DNA of 64,000 bases from the human T2T-CHM13v2.0 reference genome, Homo sapiens. A program made the translations under genes and the position numbers. Positions within the stretch are counted from its first letter, which is position 1; each line of letters begins with the position of its first letter. The stretch lies in NCBI RefSeq assembly GCF_009914755.1, contig NC_060939.1. One strand, 5' to 3'. The notes under the pieces are model-generated. The model did not search any database, was not told where the DNA came from, and saw nothing but the letters and a program-made list of their open reading frames with translations. Shown one piece after another: positions 1 through 13,005 of this stretch.

Positions 1-229
1 TACACCCACTCTGCATTGGTTCACAAGTCATTGCTAAACGGACAGTGTGGTCTCATTACTTGCATGAGTGAGATGTGGTATGGGAGACTTGGAGGAGAAC
101 CCAAACACTCAGTCCAGAGGAACTGCTTCCAGCAAAATTTGAGAAAGAATTCCCTTTCAAGTCTTCCTCTATGTTTTTTCCTGGGGGCAAGAGACTCTCT
201 TAGAACACCAGGAAATGAACCAGTTGGAG

Positions 230-1475
230 TGCCACAGGGCCACGATTGGTCTATTCTTTTCTATGTGCATTCACTCCCTGGGTGATCTCATCCAGTTTCA
301 TGGTTTCAAATATCTTATGTCAACCACTCCCACATTCATATCTCCAGTTCAGCTCTCTCTTCCAAGTTCCAAATTTTGCCTCCTTAACATCACCAGAGGT
401 ATTATGGACAAATGAAAACTCCTAACCTACCTCCCAAACCATGTCTCACTTGCAGCATTCCCCATTTCAGTTGATTACCACTCCTTTTTTCAGCGGCTTT
501 AGTCAAATACTTTAGCATAATTTTGATTCTTCTCCTTCTATGACACACAACTTCTGACTCATCAGAAAACTATGAAAGCTATATCTTGAAAACATGTCCA
601 TAGTCTAACTGCTTCTACTAATACTTTCTTGACCCAAGTCCTCCTGCTTTCTTGCCTTTATTACAGTAGTCTCCTCACTGGTCTACCAATTTATCTTCCC
701 TGGCCACAGTCTATTCTCAACACTTGAAAAAGCTTTCAGTGGATCCTCACTGCGTTCAGAGTAAAAGTCCTTTACAATGGTCAGAAATCCTCCTGCTCAA
801 AATATGTTCCATGGAGCAGCAGCACCAGAGGCACTAGATTAGAGATACAGAAGCTCAGCCTCAGACCAAGTGGATATGACTCTTCCTTTTCACATGATCT
901 CAGTTAATTTATATATACTTGAAAGTTGAAGGTCACTGTTCTGTAAGCCCCACATGATCTGTGTACCTATTATTATTTGATCTCATTTCCTACCCCCATT
1001 CTTTCCCTTGCATTCGCCTGGCAGCGTTCACATTGGCCTCCCAAACTTTCTCAAATATGATTGGCATGCTCTTGACTTACGGCTTTTTCATTGGCTGTTC
1101 CTTCTGCCTAAATGACCATCCTCCAACCATCAATATCACTAACTCCCTCACCTCCTTCAAGCCTTTGTTCAAATATCACCTTCTCAAAGAGGCCTATTAA
1201 TAAGCCAGAGTACCCAATTCCGCTTGTTAACTACCTCTTGCTCCACGTACCTAATCTCCATATCTGTCTTCTGTTACTTTTTTCCTTAGCTTTTATCACC
1301 TACTGATGTATTATATATTTTAGTTATTATGCCTGTTTTTATCATCTGTTTCCCACTGCCCCCTTCCATGAAAGTCAACTCCACCAGGACATTCAGTGTT
1401 ATATGTGAAGTGCCTAAAATCACCTTTGACACATAGTAGGCTCTCAACAAATACTTGAATAAATTGATGAATGCA
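230..1475 (+). mobile_element. L2 (L2a-like) LINE 3' fragment, interrupted by MER5
   Basis: L2 motif TCACTCCCTGGGTGATCTCATCCAG near 270; typical L2 3' end ACACATAGTAGGCTCTCAACAAATACTTGAAT near 1430-1460. Confidence 0.8.
790..941. mobile_element. MER5-family (hAT-Charlie) MITE inside L2
   Basis: CTGCTCAAAATATGTTCCATGGAGCAGCAGCA...TGAAAGTTGAAGGTCACTGTTCT resembles MER5A1/MER5B ends. Confidence 0.6.
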
Positions 1476-4366
1476 ATAGAGATATTCTGTCACCTGATGC
1501 TTTGAGAAGAGTGGATATAAACTTTTGTAGCAAGCCTTCTGAAACAGTAGGATTTTTTTTCCCTCCCAGAGGAAGTACAAAGTTCTGAAAGAAGTAGGAA
1601 GGACCCTCTCCTGGAGGCAGCCTTCAGCAAAGGCAGAGTTTGTGGAGAGCATTTCCTTTCCCCTTGGAGAATATTTGAGGAACAATGTTAGCATCTTCTT
1701 AAAATATGATCTGGCATTTGGAGCATATGTCTCCAGCTAGTAAAAGGCATGAGCTCTGCATGGTTCAACTTTTCAATGAGGCTGCCTTACGACATTTTAA
1801 TATATTTTGACTCTGTGGGCCAGATGTGGAGCAGAACCAACAAATAGGGCAATTACCTTTCAAAAAATACCCTTTTCTCACTATGCAGTCATTCTCCCAA
1901 TGCTTTTTCACAGCCAAAGCTATAATTTGGGTGGGTCTGAAAAGGATGACAGAGGTAGTTACTTTTGGAAACCAGAGAGCCACACTTCAAATTATGGTTG
2001 GCTGCAGAACTAAGCCTTAGACTTATAATCTCTTATAGGATTCTACTTGCACAGTCGTCCCCATTGAGCCATGTGGAATGGATGGCTTTTGTTATGGGAG
2101 CAACATTGTTGTTTATAATGACTCTGCACATCCTGGTTTCTGGAGTGCCGGATTAATTTTATAGCCATGGTGACTTATTTTGGCACCTAGCTACCTCAAT
2201 GTAAACTTATCTCATTAGTATGCTGAACCGCCAGATACTTTTGTACAGTTTCACCAAATAAGTAGCCAGGCCTTAAAGTAACTTAAATGCAATTACAAAA
2301 GAATCTTTTGGAATGAAATGGTGAATTCTGTCTATTTGCTCCCAAAAGATCATGGCAGCCCATGGCACATCAAAGTGACTAGTCAACTTACTTTTCAATG
2401 CTATTGATGATCTAGTTTTGAATTTAACCATTACTGTCAAACTGAGTGGATTTAACAAAAGCCTAATTTATTATCTGATCAATTTGTTGTACCTTTCCAG
2501 GATATAGGATGAAGCCTTGAATACTAATTGCTCAGAGCTCCAGAGCTCCTCCCCATTGTTGCCCTATGGACAGGCAACTAAGGGACAGAAAAGCCCCTTC
2601 AGTGTCCTTGATGGGGACACTGAATTAATATGTATCATAGTAGTGTGCCCTCAGCTGCAGCTGAGTGAGGTGCCTCACTTCTTAGAAGAAATTACTTGGA
2701 AGAGGACATCATCAAAGTGATGCGTATTGATGAGTCATAAGATTTGCTCATAATTACCAAGTGCCAAAATATTCTCCTAGAGCTAATCCAGAGCCTGGTG
2801 TCCCCAGGGTGTCGAGGAGTCCACACTCAAAAGTAGCTGTTTTGAATAATTCATTTTTTTGTAAAAAGAAGAATTAATTTAAAAATGTAAACTTTAAATG
2901 CCCAATAAGAGTTAACACTTATTGACAGATGTGCTGAACTGAAACAATTTCCTTGAGTGCAGAGAGCTGCTTTCTAGAGAAACATGATTTTCAGGAGTCA
3001 GTGCTACTCTCTTGTTTTGTAGCTTCTAGCTGCACTTCTAGGAAAAGTAATACCTCGGACAGTAGTGTTTTTAGTTCTTTAGCTGTACAATGAATGGGAA
3101 ATGAACTGTCATCTATTACTCTTAGGACTTCAGGGGAAATACTTCCCTGAGAGGCAGTTGTATGGCTGCCCCTGAATCCCTGGCTGCCTGATTTTTCCAT
3201 TGTGATCAGTTACTGCTTTGAAAACCAGGGGTTTTCAAGATGGGTATGTTAGAAATTAGATCATATATTCTCAGACTAGAAGGCAGATGTCTTTGAGGTC
3301 TCTCTGAAATCCTCCTACTTGAAGGACTCTGGCATGAGAGCTGAGTGTGTGTGAGTGTGTGCGTGTGTGTGTTTATATGGGGAAAACCTATTTGCTCCTC
3401 TCTATGCGTTCATTACACATCTATATTGTACTCTAAAAAGTGTAGTGAATTCTATTTCAAGCTTCCTTTTTCATTTTTAGATATATCTCAGGAAACAGAC
3501 TGGGAACAAAATATAACCTGAAAAAACAAAGATGTCATTTTTGTTTTTGTTGGTCGTGTTGTTGCTTATTTGTTTCGTCTTTCTTCCTTCCCACACAGGA
3601 AATCTTTACCTGGGAGGGAACTTTTCTTCTGACCTTGGAATATTCTTAGCTGCTGTATTTCCTTCATGCCACTTTTTGTTTGTTTGTCTGTTTAAGCAAA
3701 GTGGCCTCCACCCAATGTTTCTGGGTCCTCACTCTGAACTTTTTATAACCCTCGATAGACTGACTTCTACCCTTAACAAGTAATGAAAGTGCTTTAACCA
3801 GCATTAACAAATTAGGGAGCTGTCTTTTCTCAATCTTCTGGAAATGTCTCCTCTGTTGGCTTCATGCTTTTCTCCCCACAATGAGTCATTTGGCCCACCC
3901 TGACCCACTGTTTTGTTCCTTTTTTCCAAGCTGGGCCACACCAACTTATTTCAAAAGGCAGATTGACCTGAGTGCATGGCTTGCTTCAGCTTTCTTTGAC
4001 AAGTACTGTGTCCTGAACTTCTTAGAACTCATTAAATGTTGATAATGATAGAGAGATTAGGACAACTGCAGCTTCTAGGGATAAGGCTATTTATTTACAT
4101 TTTAAACTGGAATTACATGTGCATTTGTGGGGCTGTGATTTAGAGCACAGAATAGGAATTTAATTTTTAATAATGAGGAAAAAACAGGAAATACAAGGAC
4201 AGAAGGGAGTGAGAGACAGAGCAGAGAAGGAGATATTTAAGCTAGAGAAACACTGGAAGAAATCTAAGTGGTGAAATACAGGATAAGCCTTTGTCTTATC
4301 TATTTGCTAAAGGATCATGAGGGTGGGAAGCTCTTTGGTTCACTTTCTTTTAGACAAAAAATTGAA

Positions 4367-5405
4367 CAGTGATGCATCATTTAAGAACAGGGATACATTG
4401 TAAGAAATGTGGTATTAGGTGATTTTGTCTTTGTGCAAACATCATAGAATGTACTTATACCAATCTAAATGGTATAGCCCATTGCTCCTCAGCTACAAAC
4501 CTGTATAGCAAGTTACTGTACCGAATATTGCAGGCAGTTTTAGAACAACGGTAAGTATTTATATATCTAAATATACCTAAACATGGAAAAGGTATAGCAA
4601 AAGTACGATCTAATGGATAAAAAATGATATACCTATATAGGACATTTACCATGAATGAAGGTAGCTGGACTGAACATTGCTCTGGGTGAGTCAGTGAGTG
4701 AGTGGTGAATGACTATCAATATCATTGTCTTCCACCTCCTTATCTTGTCCCACTGGAAAGCCTTCAGGGGCAATAACAGACATGAAGTTGCCTTCTCCTA
4801 GGATAACAATGCTTTCTTCTGGAATACCACCTGAAGGACCTCCCTGAGGCTGTTTTGCAGTTAATTTTTTTTTATAGGTAGAAGGAGTACACTCTATAAT
4901 ATAATAATAAAGGCCGGGCACAGTGGCTCATGGCTGTAATCCTAGCACTTTGGGAGGCCGAGGCAGGTGGATCACTTGAGGACAGGAATTTGAAACCAGC
5001 CTGGCCAACATGGTGAAACCCTGTCTCTACTAAAAATACAAAAAAATTAGCCAGGCATGGTGGTCAAATACAAAACAATAAATAAATAAATAAACGTTAA
5101 AAATTAAATAAAAATAAAATGTATAGTGTAATAAATACATAAACCAGAATGTAGTTATTTATTACCATTATCAAGTGTTATGTTCTACACGTAATTGTAT
5201 GCATTAGACTTTGTACAAAGGCAGCACAGTAGGCTTGTTTACACTGGCATCACCACAAACATGTGAGTAATGCGTTGCAATACGACATTTTGATAGCCAG
5301 GGCATCACTAGGTAACAGAAATTCTTCGGCTCCGTTATAATCTCATGCAACCACTGACATATATGCAGTCCATCATTGACCAAAATATTATGAAGAGCAT
5401 TACTG
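4367..5405 (+). mobile_element. Tigger3 (Golem/MER7-type) non-autonomous DNA transposon, split by an Alu
   Basis: Start CAGTGATGCATCATTTAA...GGGATACATT; body GGTATAGCCCATTGCTCCT, CCTGAAGGACC; end GCATTACTG followed by TA. Confidence 0.85.
4912..5095 (+). mobile_element. AluS-type element lacking most of its right monomer
   Basis: GGCCGGGCACAGTGGCTCA start, full left arm and A-linker, about 18 nt of right arm, then an A/TAAA tail. Confidence 0.9.
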
Positions 5406-7379
5406 TAATTGTTTATACAGATGACAATCAGAAGCTTAAGGGGAAATCTAGTAATCACTAGTTTGTGGAAACCAGGTTTTATTCCGTAAACAACATCAGG
5501 ACAGCAAAATATGACTTGAAAATATGAGACTAGACAGGCCATAATCAGCAATAAATCATTGTTCAAAGTGCCATTTACAAAACTCAGGCGCACCTACTTG
5601 CCCAGGGATGTAGCTTCTGGCCTGAGACCGGGTCACATCCCCTCCCTAACTTTCACTGTAGTTGCTGTTTGGTTACAAGTGACAATGAACAATGTATAAG
5701 GCTCTCATTCCATGTGATGGTTCACTCTGCTGCTGACATTTATATCATATTAGTACCTGCCCTTTCCTTCCTCTTGGGGAAGTGGCAAGGATGATTGATG
5801 TGAGGCCTATGAAGTTCTTTGAGCTTCTTGGGAGAAATACATGGTGTTGTCATTATCGTCATCATCACAAAATGCTTGAAAATCTTTTCATGCCTTGCTT
5901 GGTGCTAGGATAGACCCTCTTTTCAGCATTGGATTCTCAGCCTATGCTAATCTTTCCTCATGCAGCCGATCATCCAAGTTCTTTCCTAAAGGGGATTAGG
6001 AAAGAGAGATGAAAGAGTCCTCATGAAGCAAGACCTTGAGAAAAATGATCGACAGAATCCTCAGGTCTCTGTGTGTCTGGGCATGTGCAGTTCTATGTCT
6101 CCTTGATACCTGGGATATTCTCACAAGTCCAGATAAGGAAGAAACCACTGGCTGATACAAAATCAATTTTCCTTTGGTTTTAAAATACTTTAAGACTTAC
6201 TCTAAAGAATTATGTCCTGGGAATTTATTTCACATGTATCAAATCGTAATTGTAAAGGAGTGCTATGGGGAAATTGAGATCCAAAACTGCTGAGTCCTTA
6301 GGCCCTGGGCCAGGGGCAGAGTGAGGAATAGGAATCAGGTCCCCTGTGACACAAAGTAGTGGTCTTTTTTTTTCTTCACCACATCGCAATTTCTCAACAT
6401 GAGAGAACATAAGATGGATAGAGATGCTTTAACGCCTTTTTACTCACATCTTGGACAAGACCTACAGTAATGTCATTGAGCTACCAAAAGTTTGAACTTA
6501 AATTTTAACCTCCAATGCCACCTGTCAGAATACATTGCAAAAGAATAGGATTAGAGATATTGCACTGTGCATTGGTCTTCAGAAACTTCTGGAAGCTGGT
6601 TGTTTCTGAGAAGTATTCTGTGAACACCTGTATTCTCAGCCACAAATGTCAGAGCCATGAGCGAATGGTGTGAGACAGAAGAGTGGAGGTTGAGAGGTTC
6701 AAAGATCAAATAATGGGGGATTACAATGGAGAATCTAACATCAAGTACCAGGCACGTATGTTGGGGAACCCCAGCAAAGAGGAAGGGAGGGTGCCAGAAG
6801 GAGGCTAGAGTCTGGCAAAAGTGGATGTGCCTGTTTGTGGTGTCCTGGTGCTGGCCATGTTTTTGAGGCAGAAGAGAGTCTCCAAGAATTGAAGAGAAAT
6901 CTTGGATTTTGTATTTCTTGAGCTTTAGTTACCCAGCTTCAGACAGTCTAGATGTGTCTGAAGATGGGTTGGGTGAGTAGAAAGTTGCCTTTTTTGTGTT
7001 GTTGGAACCAAAGTAGAACTGCCTCCTCTCATAGGTGTTGGCTTGGAGGGCCTTGCTGACAAGATGGCAGTTGTGCCCTTCACAGCTCCATCTTGAGGAG
7101 ACGTGGGTCAACATGGACTCATTCAGTTATGCATTCATTCACATGACCTGGCTGAACACAGGTTGCAGTGCTCTCTGATGGCACCTGGAAGGGAAGAGGT
7201 GTCATAAGTGAGTTGCTGGAGGGGCAGCGGTGGAAGCAGGGACCTGCATTCTATGGAAGCATCAGGCTCCACGGAACCTTGTAGAGAAGGCATTTTTCCC
7301 ACCTAATATTGCTCAAGGTTCAGGACACTTGCATTTCTGAGGGTTGCTTCTTCCCCTTCCCCAAATTCTGGACAATCTC

Positions 7380-7503
7380 TTCAACTAAAATGTAAACTCC
7401 TCTCGGATCTGACTACCTGGTGTCCACTTCTACTTGCTGTGTGCCTATGCCAGAGCTGGCACATGGCAGGTATTGAACAAATGTTCCTTGAGTAAATGGA
7501 TGA
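7380..7503 (+). mobile_element. L2 3' end fragment
   Basis: TGTAAACTCC...CTGGCACATGGCAGGTATTGAACAAATGTT. Confidence 0.6.
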
Positions 7504-7641
7504 CTCCTACCATGGTCACTGCATCATGCCGTTTTAGAAGGAATTTCCTTCTTTTTGACTACACCACCATTTGCGATTACAATCTCCTTAGAACAGTGGG
7601 CAATAATACATTGTTGTGGATTTCTAAAATCCTTCCTTTAA

Positions 7642-7995
<354 letters not shown>

Positions 7996-8324
7996 TTAAG
8001 GGAACTATATCACTTTATCTACCAGCAATCTGATTGTACTTGACCAACCCAGCTCCAAACCACAGGTAAATAGCCCAGCTCTGTGGGCATCAGATCAACT
8101 ATACACATGTCCTGCGGAGCTGACACAGAACCAGGACATTCCATGCACTTGGAGTTTAGACGGAGTCTCAGAATGTCCTATGCTTTTCAATAACAATGCA
8201 AAGCATTTGTAATCACATTTCAAACTCATGTCTATTCAATGCTTTAAGAACATAAATCTATACAAGAAATATTTTTATGTATGAACTACAGGATATTCTT
8301 GGAAATATCCTGGCACCATGCATT

Positions 8325-8495
8325 TCTCCCTTGTGCTATTTCCCACAATTATAAATCATATGTCTTATTTGTGGTCTGATTTCCCTATCAGTCTATAAAC
8401 TCCATGAGGTAATGTACCTGGCCTGTCTCATTTACACTCTATCTGGAAGGGCAAACACAGGGTCTCAATACACATTCACTGAATGAGAAATAAAT
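8325..8495 (+). mobile_element. L2 3' fragment
   Basis: CTATAAACTCCATGAGG...TCTCAATACACATTCACTGAATGA. Confidence 0.55.
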
Positions 8496-8744
8496 TAAAA
8501 GGCAGGTAAGTAAGCATCCTTTCAAGAGTTTTTAATGTTTTATTTCCTCTAAAAGAGGAAGCCAAAGGGGGTCTTTAGAAGGCATGAGTGGTGGTGCCAA
8601 CAAGTGTTGATGGAGTCCGCCCACTATACTGAGAGGATATGGTGTTAGCGACACTGCCTTTGTGGCCTTTGTGTGGTCTCTTTTGTTCACCATGGTCCCT
8701 TCTTCATGATGGCAGATGGTAGAATCAGGGAAGGAAAGCACGTC

Positions 8745-9207
8745 AGTTGGTGTCCCAGCAGAAAACAGATGACAACTCTCAAACTGAGTAATTAGGGAGA
8801 ATTTAATGAGTGGAGCTTTACCAAGATATTTACAGGTTAAGGGAAATCTATAAGGGATGATGAAGCTGCCTGTACCCAATCATGGAAGGGAGTCATTACT
8901 ACCTTTAGGCTTCCATGGAAGCAGAGCCTCTGTGTTAGCACAAAGCTATAGAATATTGTCAAAAGGACCACAGCTTTTCAATAGAAATACAGAGCCAACC
9001 CACCAGGGAGGCAGTGGGGATGGGGCTGGTGGTAAATATCCGCATCCTATACTCCTCCCATCTTCCATCTGCTAACAGTGCCCTTCATTGGCTGAATCCA
9101 ACTGAAAGCCAGAGAGCAAAGTGCTTGGGATCCCACTTGGGAGGTCAGCCTCTCTGCCAGGCATTGGGAAGGCTCCTAGAGATGGAAGAGTGAATGAATA
9201 AAGCACA
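8745..9207 (-). mobile_element. LTR33-like ERVL solo LTR
   Basis: GTCCCAGCAGAAAACAGATG...CATTGGCTGAATCCAACTGAAAGCCAGAG...GAGGTCAGCCTC, ending GCACA (TGTGC on the minus strand). Confidence 0.6.
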
Positions 9208-9759
9208 GTGCTTACTTTCAGAGAGCTCCCAGTCAAGTGGAGAGGGCTGTGCTCTGAGAGGAAACAGGTGAGGAACCTGCTGAGAAAGCACAAGGAGAGG
9301 ATTTCCCCAAATTCTGGCTTCTTCACCAGGGGGCTTCCCAATGGAAGCCAAGTTTCAGCTGTGAATCAAAGGCTGGGAAGGAGACAGGGTGGGGCAGGGG
9401 AAGACAGGAAGAACAGTTGGGAAGAAACACCAATGTTCCAAGCAGAGGAAAAGGGCAGGTGCAAGGACAGGAAGTGAAAGAGCTCATCGTCCTCTCATGG
9501 AACTCTTGAAATGATGCCCAGACTTAAACAGGAAGGTTTGATGATTCTCAGGGTTGGTTATTGACTCAACAAAGCCTGCTCCCAATTTTCTCCTAGAAGG
9601 TAGATAAAGAAGACTTGATGTGTCCACCATCTATTTTTGAAAGCCTGGTATTTGTGAGCATTCCCTTCTGTGGATCAACCAGAACTCTCCTAGTCACCCC
9701 TTCTGTGATGACTGTCATCTCCTCTAAGTGTAAAAGGAGCCAGAATTTCTGCCTATTAT

Positions 9760-10480
9760 TTTCAGATTGCTTCCTCTACAGGAAATTGTGTCAATTCATT
9801 TGGACATTTGTGGTTTCACTGTACTCCCGGGCCATTACATCATTATGTGGTAACTCAGAACTCCAGTGGCACATTATCAGAGCTGACTATTTCTGGAAGC
9901 CAGGAGATAACAAACAAAGCGGTTTCATTTGGCCTATAAGCATGTTAAACACCCTCGGCAGAGGACAGCAGAATACAAATATGCCTGCCTCCTGACTTTT
10001 ATCAAGGAGAGGCGAGGGACGTGGGATAGATATAAATTATGTGCCCTGCTTCAGTGAGATATCTATCATAAAATCTATTGCCACCGATACAAACTGGCTT
10101 CAGTGTATAATTTAGTGACAGTTTTGTGCATTATGTCTCCTCGCCGACAAGATTGCTGCATGGCGAATGTTGCCATATCTAGGTATGGATGGAACTGCCT
10201 AAAGGTTTAAGCCATTTTATTCCATCCTGAATTAACATGCTCAGCCTAATCCTCATCTCCCCGGGAGACTGGGAATTGTGCGGGAGAATGAGCAGAAGCC
10301 TTTCCATGCAGGTGGCTGGGGCCTGTGTTTCCACTTGCCTGCATACCGTTCCCCCTTGTGAGGCTGCTGATTGAAACTTACTCTAAGATTACCTTGCTAA
10401 TAATTTGAGCCTTATCAGGGAAAAGAAAAAACACAACAAATTAATGAGATTTCTGCCAATAAAGAAATATAAAGGGCTTA
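9760..10480. promoter_or_regulatory. Candidate enhancer / conserved non-coding element
   Basis: Repeat-free, about 12 retained CpGs in 9820-10350, GATA sites at 9874, 9905, 9999 and 10412, FOX/SOX-like AACAAACAAAG at 9909; function inferred. Confidence 0.4.
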
Positions 10481-11132
10481 CTTTCCTAAAGATGCCTGAT
10501 ACCATGGATAAATCATAGACAAATAGAAAGCTTGCTGTAGTTTATGCCTAATTATAAATGACTTAATACCAAGTCAGACCCAAAAGATTCGGAGGTGTGA
10601 TCTCGTTAGAGGGAGACAGAACTACAGTATCAAGATTTTCATTAATGCAAGGAAGTCTCTTCTTCACTGCTCATGTTTAGCATTATCCTTGGGGCAAATA
10701 AGGAAATTTACCTTCCCACATAGATGAGTTGGGTTCAGGCTACTGAAGTACATTGCTTAATAATTGCTTTTTGGACTAGGCCAGGACACTGAATGTTAGG
10801 GCCCTTCCTGAGACCAGCAATCGTAGGAGGTATTTATGTCTTGCTACTCAGTGAACCAGGTAGGGCATGAGCATATTAATGAGACAAAAAAAGGGTTCCT
10901 TCATGAAAGTGCTCACGGACACCTGAGCATCTCTACAGACTGCTCCCTTCCTAAAGAGGGACTGGCGAGGTAGGAAATGGGCTTTGTTTCTGCCTTTGTT
11001 CCTCTCTTTTTGTATTCACAGAGTGTCTGTTTCTCTGCCCACTTCAGGGTCTTCATCTGTCATACTTCCATGTGACTTTGCCCCCTGCCTACCAGTAGTC
11101 TCTCTCTCTGTCCTTCTCCTCTTGTATCACAG

Positions 11133-11438
11133 GTGATCTGGATCAATGAGACTAGATATTCAAAGAGATAGAGAAGATGAAAAGTGATCACCTCAAGGGT
11201 AGCAAGAATAAGAGATTTATAATTGTCTGAAGATGGCCTAAAATCACCATGGGCCTTTTATGGAAACATAGCTATGCTTCTCACCTTTTTGCAAACAACT
11301 GCTTCATCATGAGACACCTTAGAAGGTGCCCCAAAGCTTTCAGGTCAAGCCACAGTGAAATCTCTGCTGCATAGTTGGTCACATGGAGGACATCTTCAGG
11401 GCTTCCTCTTGGACTCTTCAAATTCTTCTACCACCTGG
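11133..11438 (+). ncRNA. Candidate 306-nt non-coding (lncRNA) exon
   Basis: Long pyrimidine tract plus CACAG|G acceptor; donor TGG|GTAAGA; stop codons in all three frames. Confidence 0.45.
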
Positions 11439-12700
11439 GTAAGAAGTCCTCCTTTTCCTTCTCTTTCTCATTGTCTTTATGCTTTCTATTTCTCTTTTAC
11501 TAAATCCTGCTTTTCAGGGTAGGTTTTAAAAACTCATCCACAAATAGGAATGGGAAGTTGAAAATAAGTATAATCATTTTCCTAGGGAGCCTCACTTCTA
11601 ATATAATTGCTATCGACTACTCATCTGCTAGAGAGGGTTAAAAAAGGCCCCTGAATTGGCTGGACCCTGATTCAAAATGCTCTCAGAGGTCTGACCCCAC
11701 TGTAAAGTCCTGTAGTTCTAATTGTGCAATTTCAGCCTCCAGTGAGGGTAGAAGAGGCAAGGGAGCCTTGCAGGGGTCTCTGAAATCAGATAGGCAGTTT
11801 TTTATGTCATTTACTTAGATGGCAGTTTAAAAGAGTGACAAAAAACAAAAACAAAACAAAACAAAAAAATAAAAAAACAAAGGCGAAACAAGTCCAGTAG
11901 GGCAGCAGAAGGAAGGGGGAAGGCCACCCACTATAGAAGCTCTCAGCACCTGTTGGAGAACAGGGGGAGCCTCTACCACCTCCTCTTTGGTAAGTGGTGG
12001 GATTTTAGGAAGTGTAAAAAAGAGAAATCCTGGCTTTTAAACTAGTTTCTTCACCAAGGTAAGCCTTTGTGTCTAACTTCAATATGTGTATTTTAATTCT
12101 TCATTTTCATTCTTGTTGCTTCCTTCCCTGCTACCAGCTGGTACCCCATTCCTGCAGGACTTTGCTCTCAACCAGCTGTCCCATATCTTTTCTTCATTCT
12201 GAATGGCTAAGGCCTATTGACCATTTTTCTTAGGGCTGTTTGCCTTTTATTAAGGAATGTGAATCTTTCAAAGCTCTCATGTACTATAATTGAGAGAAGG
12301 AAAGCTGGAAAGGGGGGTCCTTTTTGGGGGCTGAATACCGAACAGCATCTCTAAAAATATTTCCCATGAGCAAATATGTATTGGTAAAAGGCTAGTTTTA
12401 AGGTAGGCCATGACTTGAGGGGCACTACTGGGAACCTGAATATTATTAATAATCCTCCCAAAAGACCAGACTTATTCAGACCAAAGCAGCTAGCCAGTAT
12501 TGGCCATGGCCAATATTCAGCAATGCCTGCTAGAACGTGCATATTTAATTTGGAATCTGTAATCAGTAGATAAGTACCATCATTATGGGGGTGGGCAGCC
12601 AGCTTTTCTCCCCTGCCAGAAATGGTTTATGTTTGCTTGCTTTGGTTTTAGCTTTTGTTGGTGGTGGTGATGGTGGTTGGCACCAATATGGAACCAATAA

Positions 12701-13005
<305 letters not shown>

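Noticed and set aside
2040-2500. Possible CR1/L3 remnant
   Set aside because: The resemblance is too weak to call without an HMM search.
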